Of a DNA stretch of 64,000 nucleotides, positions 59,451 through 64,000 are shown piece by piece. Under the pieces are notes generated by a model. That model was not told where the DNA came from. It searched no databases and was given only the letters and a program-made list of their open reading frames with translations. The translations under genes and the position numbers were made by a program. Each line of letters begins with the position of its first letter. Within the stretch, counting starts at the first letter, position 1. The stretch covers positions 2,896 through 66,895 of the forward strand of contig JACKGA010000002.1 in NCBI GenBank assembly GCA_020632195.1, written 5' to 3'. This stretch comes from Candidatus Nomurabacteria bacterium. Lineage in GTDB: Bacteria > Patescibacteriota > Minisyncoccia > Phycocordibacterales > UBA1006.

Positions 59451-60638
59451 TTACATCTTATAGGAATTAAAAAACTCCTCCTTCAATTCCTCAAACCTAT
59501 CCTCGAGAATCGCTTGTCGAATTTCTTTTACGAGATTCACAATGAAATAGATATTATGAATGGAACCGAGTGTACCGGCCAACATTTCATTGGATCGATA
59601 GAGGTGGGCGAGGTATGCTCGTGTGTAATTTTTTGACGTATATGATGGGGTGGCGGTATCGATCGGTGAAAAGTCAGTTTTGTATTGTGATTTACGCAGG
59701 TTGATAACTCCATTACGAGTATAGACATGTCCATGTCGCGCGAGGCGTGTGGGTGTCACACAGTCAAAGGTATCGCACCCAGCCTCCACTCCAAGAAAAA
59801 TATCTATCGGATCGCCGATACCCAAAAGATGCCGAGGTTTTTCTTCTGGTAAAATTTCATTCACCCACCCGACGGCCGTTGCCATATCTTCTTTGTTGAA
59901 ACTCCCTCCAATACCGAACCCATCAAAATTCATAGCGGCTAATGTTTCGGCAGATTCTTTACGTAAGTCTTCGTGGCGACCGCCCTGCACCACGCCGAAG
60001 AGAGCCTGTATATTCTCAGAGTCGAGTTTTTCATGCTCATCAATACACCGCTTGGCCCAGCGATGAGTACGATCCATAGCGGCACGCTGATACTCATGGT
60101 CTGCCAACGGTGACGTACACTCATCAAAAGCAAAGATAATATCGGCTCCCAAGTTCCATTGGATCTGCATAGAACGTTCTGGAGTAATACGGTGGAGTTG
60201 TCCATTGAGGTGTGATTTGAACGTAACTCCCTCTTCATCGATAGTAGCGAGCTTGTTCTTTGGGCCTTTTTTCTCAGAAACCATCTGGTCATCACCGTTG
60301 GCGACTTTACTTACTTTCGTACCAAAAGCCTCTCCAAGCGAGAACACTTGAAAACCACCACTGTCAGTAAATGTCGGACCATTCCAATTCATAAACTCTG
60401 AAATGCCCCCACCTTGCGCAACAATATCATCACCTGGCTGTAAATAGAGATGATAGGTATTTCCGAGCACCGCCTGCCCGCCACATTCTCGGACCATTTC
60501 GGGTGTCATAGCTTTGACGGTAGCCTTGGTCCCCACGACAATAAATGCTGGAGTCTGGATATCCCCATGCGGTGTGTGAATGACTCCCGCGCGCCCGAGT
60601 TTGCCAGGTATTTTTTTGTTGATTTCAAAACTAAACAT
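59451..60638 (-). CDS. tgt: tRNA-guanine transglycosylase (queuine tRNA-ribosyltransferase)
   Basis: TPHGDIQTPAFIVVGT, FTDSGGFQVFSL, VQGG, GFGIGG, and a zinc-site region CDTFDCVTPTR...H. Start set at the ATG at 60638 (MFSFEINKK). Confidence 0.9.
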   Translation of the reverse strand: MFSFEINKKIPGKLGRAGVIHTPHGDIQTPAFIVVGTKATVKAMTPEMVRECGGQAVLGNTYHLYLQPGDDIVAQGGGISEFMNWNGPTFTDSGGFQVFSLGEAFGTKVSKVANGDDQMVSEKKGPKNKLATIDEEGVTFKSHLNGQLHRITPERSMQIQWNLGADIIFAFDECTSPLADHEYQRAAMDRTHRWAKRCIDEHEKLDSENIQALFGVVQGGRHEDLRKESAETLAAMNFDGFGIGGSFNKEDMATAVGWVNEILPEEKPRHLLGIGDPIDIFLGVEAGCDTFDCVTPTRLARHGHVYTRNGVINLRKSQYKTDFSPIDTATPSYTSKNYTRAYLAHLYRSNEMLAGTLGSIHNIYFIVNLVKEIRQAILEDRFEELKEEFFNSYKM

Positions 60639-60645
60639 AGGGTAC

Positions 60646-60687
60646 GTGACAAGTGACAAGTGACAAGTGACAAGTGACAAGTGACAA
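60646..60687. repeat. Perfect heptanucleotide tandem repeat (GTGACAA)x6
   Basis: Six uninterrupted 7-nt units read directly from the sequence. They lie 7 nt upstream of the tgt ATG (minus-strand TTGTCAC x6) and 12 nt downstream of the mreC stop. Confidence 0.95.
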
Positions 60688-60699
60688 GTGACAAGGAGA

Positions 60700-61443
60700 T
60701 TATAATGTGCTTTCCGTCTCAATTTCTACCCACTGTATTGTCTTTGGGTTCATCGGTAGAGCAATAAAAACTTGCTGTAGAGCATCGCGATCATCAAAAA
60801 GAATACTTTCAACATAACCCAAAAGTGTCACTTCGCGAGTCCCCTGCCAAACAATAGGATCACCGAGAGCAATTTCAAAATCTCGTGGTAGCTTGGCAAG
60901 ATACACCCCCTGCCCGCGCCCTGTAATTTCCAAACTCATTGACGAAAGGTACTGCACCGCCTGAACCAACCGACCATGGGTAAAAAATGGTTCTACAGTT
61001 GAGAAGGTATCAGAAACTTCGGCGAGAGTGCCGATTGCATTGTCACCATAATACACCACAGACCCTGGTACGAGGCCATCTTTTGCCCCAGCATCGACTG
61101 TCCATACAGCGCCACGCTTGATGACATGAGCCATAACTACATCAGTACGACTATCGCTCGTAAACCTATCGGCGTGATCAAAGCGCAACAGCTTATTTTG
61201 TTCTTCCAGAAATCGTACACGTTCCTGCAAAAAATCATTTTCTTGTATAAGCATTTTCGATGAGGATGTCATGCCACGAGCACTCTCAGACCAACCTTCC
61301 GCTGCGCGCCATACTCGAATACTCAGACGAGATACCATCGGCTTCATGATGAAAAAAAAGAGACCAAGAACGATCAAAATGACCAGAGCGGCAAGAGAAC
61401 GCATCACGGAAGACGGTTTGTTATCGTGGTGGTAATTCATCAT
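60700..61443 (-). CDS. mreC: Rod shape-determining protein MreC
   Basis: N-terminal TM helix, coiled coil (LQERVRFLEEQNKLL), beta-rich C-terminal domain. Overlaps the 3' end of mreB. Confidence 0.75.
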   Translation of the reverse strand: MMNYHHDNKPSSVMRSLAALVILIVLGLFFFIMKPMVSRLSIRVWRAAEGWSESARGMTSSSKMLIQENDFLQERVRFLEEQNKLLRFDHADRFTSDSRTDVVMAHVIKRGAVWTVDAGAKDGLVPGSVVYYGDNAIGTLAEVSDTFSTVEPFFTHGRLVQAVQYLSSMSLEITGRGQGVYLAKLPRDFEIALGDPIVWQGTREVTLLGYVESILFDDRDALQQVFIALPMNPKTIQWVEIETESTL

Positions 61444-62494
61444 GTTCGTGTACTAATACCTGACGATACGCATGCAAATCAGAAAGGATCATACCCGCAC
61501 CACGTGCAACGGCTGACAGCGGGTCATCAGATACATACACGGGCACTCCAAGCTCATTACTAATCAAAGTATCAAGATGACGAATCAATGCTCCCCCACC
61601 GGTAAGAAACACGCCACGCTTCATCACATCTGAGACAATTTCTGGCGGAGTAATCTCAAGCACTTCTTTGACAGAGTCCACAAGGTCGGCAATAGATTCG
61701 GCCAATGCCTCACGGATGTCGGCATCAGTTACGATAATCTCGCGGGGCAAGCCCGTCACCAGATCACGACCGCGGATATTCATTTCAAGAGCCTCATCAG
61801 GCAAGACTGAGCTCACTCCAATTTTGATCTCTTCTGCAGTTTTTTCACCAATCAAAATCTTGAATTCATTACGAATAAAATTCACAATCTGACGATTCAG
61901 ATGATCCCCAGCGATTTTTGTATTTTTTGACTGTACAATTCCCCCGAGTGAGATGACGGCAATATCGGTCGTACCGCCACCCATATCGATCACCATTGAT
62001 CCTACAGGATCATTCACGGGTAATCCGATGCCGATCGCAGCAGCCATAGGCTCTTCGACAATAAAGACTTCACGTGCACCTGCAGATTTAGAAGCATCGA
62101 CAACAGCACGTGTCTCTACATTGGTAATACCCGAAGGCACTCCTACCACGACACGTGGCGGAAAACGAAATCCTTTACGTCCGGTGCGCTCTGCTTTTGA
62201 AATCAAATAACGCAGCATCTCCTCGGTCACTTCAAAATCAGAAATAACCCCATCCACAAGTGGACGGACGACATCGATATGCCCAGGATTGCGACCGAGC
62301 ATTTTTTTTGCTTCATTTCCTACAGCGACGACTCGTCCTGTCTTTTTATTCAGCGCCACAATTGATGGCTCATCGATCACGATCCCCTGCCCCTGAAGAT
62401 ACACAAGAGTATTGGCCGTCCCGAGGTCAATACCGATATCATGTGAAAAACGCTTGTACAGAGAGTCAAGAAATCCCATATAACTAAAGCGCAC
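61421..62494 (-). CDS. mreB: Rod shape-determining protein MreB
   Basis: Actin-fold motifs IGIDLGTANTLVY, VIDMGGGTTDIAVISLGG, GVFLTGGGALI. Confidence 0.92.
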   Translation of the reverse strand: MRFSYMGFLDSLYKRFSHDIGIDLGTANTLVYLQGQGIVIDEPSIVALNKKTGRVVAVGNEAKKMLGRNPGHIDVVRPLVDGVISDFEVTEEMLRYLISKAERTGRKGFRFPPRVVVGVPSGITNVETRAVVDASKSAGAREVFIVEEPMAAAIGIGLPVNDPVGSMVIDMGGGTTDIAVISLGGIVQSKNTKIAGDHLNRQIVNFIRNEFKILIGEKTAEEIKIGVSSVLPDEALEMNIRGRDLVTGLPREIIVTDADIREALAESIADLVDSVKEVLEITPPEIVSDVMKRGVFLTGGGALIRHLDTLISNELGVPVYVSDDPLSAVARGAGMILSDLHAYRQVLVHEHDELPPR

Positions 62495-62524
62495 TATACT
62501 GAAAAAGAAAATAAGAGCAATACT

Positions 62525-63778
62525 CTAATTCTGAAGTATTGATGTAATTTTTTCAAATAATGCAGGCAGTGCGATAATTTTACTCTCATCACTACCTCTC
62601 CTTTTTACCTCTACTCCACCATTCTCCAATGATCGTTCGGATATGACAACACGCCACGGAATACCAATAAGGTCTGCATCGGCAAATTTTTCGCCCGCAC
62701 GCACATCGCGATCGTCATACAATACCTCTACGCCAGCATCTTGGAGCTGTTGATAGAGGTCTTGTGCTTTTTCATTCATATTCATAGAAATCAGATGAAC
62801 ACGAAATGGCGCAATCGATTCTGGCCAGATGAGTCCGTTGTCATCAGACATATTTTCGGCAATGACTGCCATTACACGCGTGATCCCGATTCCATATGAG
62901 CCGAGATGTACATAGGACTGTTCACCATTTTCATCAGTTACTTTCAAATCCATCTTTTCGCATTTTTCAGTACCAAAGGTAAAAATATTCCCTACCTCGG
63001 CGGTCACGTGACGCTCGAGCTCGCTCATGGTCACATCCATTTTTGCAAGGAGGGTATCATTGATCACTTCTTCGTTGAGTGCAATATTCTTTTCGCGATT
63101 GATATACACTATATCTTCACCCGCTGCACAAATTGTCTGGAATTCGTGACTATAGTTATCGGTAAACGCGCCTCCTTCGGCATATGTAATGAACGTGCTC
63201 TCACCCAAGCCAAGACGATCGTATACACGAGTATATGCATCCATTACTGATTGATAGAATGCCTCATGTGCGGTAGCATCCATAGTATACGAATACATGT
63301 CTTTCATGATAAATTCACGCCCACGCAAAAGCCCACTTTTAGCACGCAATTCATTACGCATTTTTACCTGGAATTGGTATACATATGCAGGAAGATCACG
63401 GAAACTCGCCAGATGGTTTTTCATCATATTGGTAATCGGTTCTTCATGCGACCACCCAAAACCGATTTCGCCACCAGCATGCAGCTGAGACTTGAACCAC
63501 ACATCTACCTTTTCATCATCCCAACGATCAGTCGCAATCCAAGTGTCCTTGGGTTGAATCGACGTCATGATCATTTCCTGTCCGCCAATAGCATCCATTT
63601 CTTCGCGGACAATCTGTTTGATCTTCTCTACGACACGCAAACCTAGTGGTAATAAATCATACGCCCCTGCCATTTCTTTGTGAATAAATCCTGCACGAAT
63701 CAACAGCTGGGCATTTTTTGCCTGTTCATCGGCGGGGGTTTCTTTGCGTGTTTTGGTAAAAAGATGTGATTGTTTCAT
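62525..63778 (-). CDS. proS: Prolyl-tRNA synthetase, short form without the INS editing domain
   Basis: LLIRAGFIHKEMAGAYDLLPLGLRV and class II motifs. About 417 aa from the ATG at 63778 (MKQSHLF). The upstream extension in the track covers a terminator hairpin. Confidence 0.88.
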   Translation of the reverse strand: MKQSHLFTKTRKETPADEQAKNAQLLIRAGFIHKEMAGAYDLLPLGLRVVEKIKQIVREEMDAIGGQEMIMTSIQPKDTWIATDRWDDEKVDVWFKSQLHAGGEIGFGWSHEEPITNMMKNHLASFRDLPAYVYQFQVKMRNELRAKSGLLRGREFIMKDMYSYTMDATAHEAFYQSVMDAYTRVYDRLGLGESTFITYAEGGAFTDNYSHEFQTICAAGEDIVYINREKNIALNEEVINDTLLAKMDVTMSELERHVTAEVGNIFTFGTEKCEKMDLKVTDENGEQSYVHLGSYGIGITRVMAVIAENMSDDNGLIWPESIAPFRVHLISMNMNEKAQDLYQQLQDAGVEVLYDDRDVRAGEKFADADLIGIPWRVVISERSLENGGVEVKRRGSDESKIIALPALFEKITSILQN

Positions 63779-63817
63779 ATGGTGCACATAGTACCCTAAA
63801 ATAAAATTGGGTAAAGA

Positions 63818-63843
63818 AAAAGCCCTGCAAAACGAGGGCTTTT
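63818..63843 (-). terminator. Rho-independent terminator of the upstream (minus-strand) gene
   Basis: AAAAGCCCT gcaaaacg AGGGCTTTT, followed by a U-run on the minus strand. Confidence 0.7.
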
Positions 63844-63865
63844 CTTGAAACAAACCGTTTAAAAT

Positions 63866-64000
63866 TTAGAACGGTTGATATATTTTGATTCTTTTTTCCA
63901 AAAAATCTATTTCTTCTTTTTCTAGTATAAATTCTTCATTTTGAGTTTCAAAATTGAGAAAATAAACCAATGCTTTATAAATAAAGATTTTTCTCAAGTG
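63866..64000 (-). CDS. C-terminal fragment of a hypothetical protein (gene begins beyond the window)
   Basis: Open minus-strand frame ...KALVYFLNFETQNEEFILEKEEIDFLEKRIKIYQPF* ending at 63866, followed by a terminator. Confidence 0.3.
   Translation of the reverse strand, partial: HLRKIFIYKALVYFLNFETQNEEFILEKEEIDFLEKRIKIYQPF

Noticed and set aside
60639-60722. N-terminal extension of Tgt containing LVTCHLSLVTCHLSLVT.
   Set aside because: It is the heptamer DNA repeat read in frame. The conserved Tgt sequence begins at the ATG at 60638, and the extension overlaps the mreC stop.

Overview
Mostly minus-strand, AT-rich, gene-dense bacterial DNA. The gene content suggests a reduced, probably CPR/Patescibacteria-like monoderm genome; this is an inference, since no search was possible. 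About 85% of the window is housekeeping: pyrG (fragment), ftsEX, a SEDS protein, mraY, a DD-carboxypeptidase, scpAB, a peptidase cluster, aspS behind a T-box leader, three tRNAs, gatCA, ligA, a 13-kb type IV pilus locus followed by comF, a histidine kinase/response regulator pair, recG, parDE, uvrA, uvrB, tgt, mreBC and proS. It also holds several large secreted repeat proteins. The unusual part is 37.1-43.4 kb, next to tRNA-Ser(GCU). A 3.6-kb element encoding a large serine recombinase sits at the extreme 3' end of the tRNA. Its two ends and an internal site share long, near-perfect inverted repeats (226 bp and 120 bp). Homology switches partner at a 4-nt core, GCGG. The layout reads as attL, an intact inverted attP-like site, and attR, and the ancestral empty site can be rebuilt from the flanks. 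The repeated module is GC-rich and hairpin-rich. The recombinase ORF reads through it into the tRNA. To its left, three single-gene cassettes are separated by a reiterated junction module that carries the same core. This may be serial cassette accretion by a serine recombinase, but that is a hypothesis only. Other items worth a second look: a (TA)n-associated frameshift splitting a >1100-aa surface protein, a perfect (GTGACAA)x6 repeat directly upstream of tgt, a G8 tract in a divergent promoter, and decayed cargo genes inside the element. All coordinates and identities were read by eye, without alignment tools.
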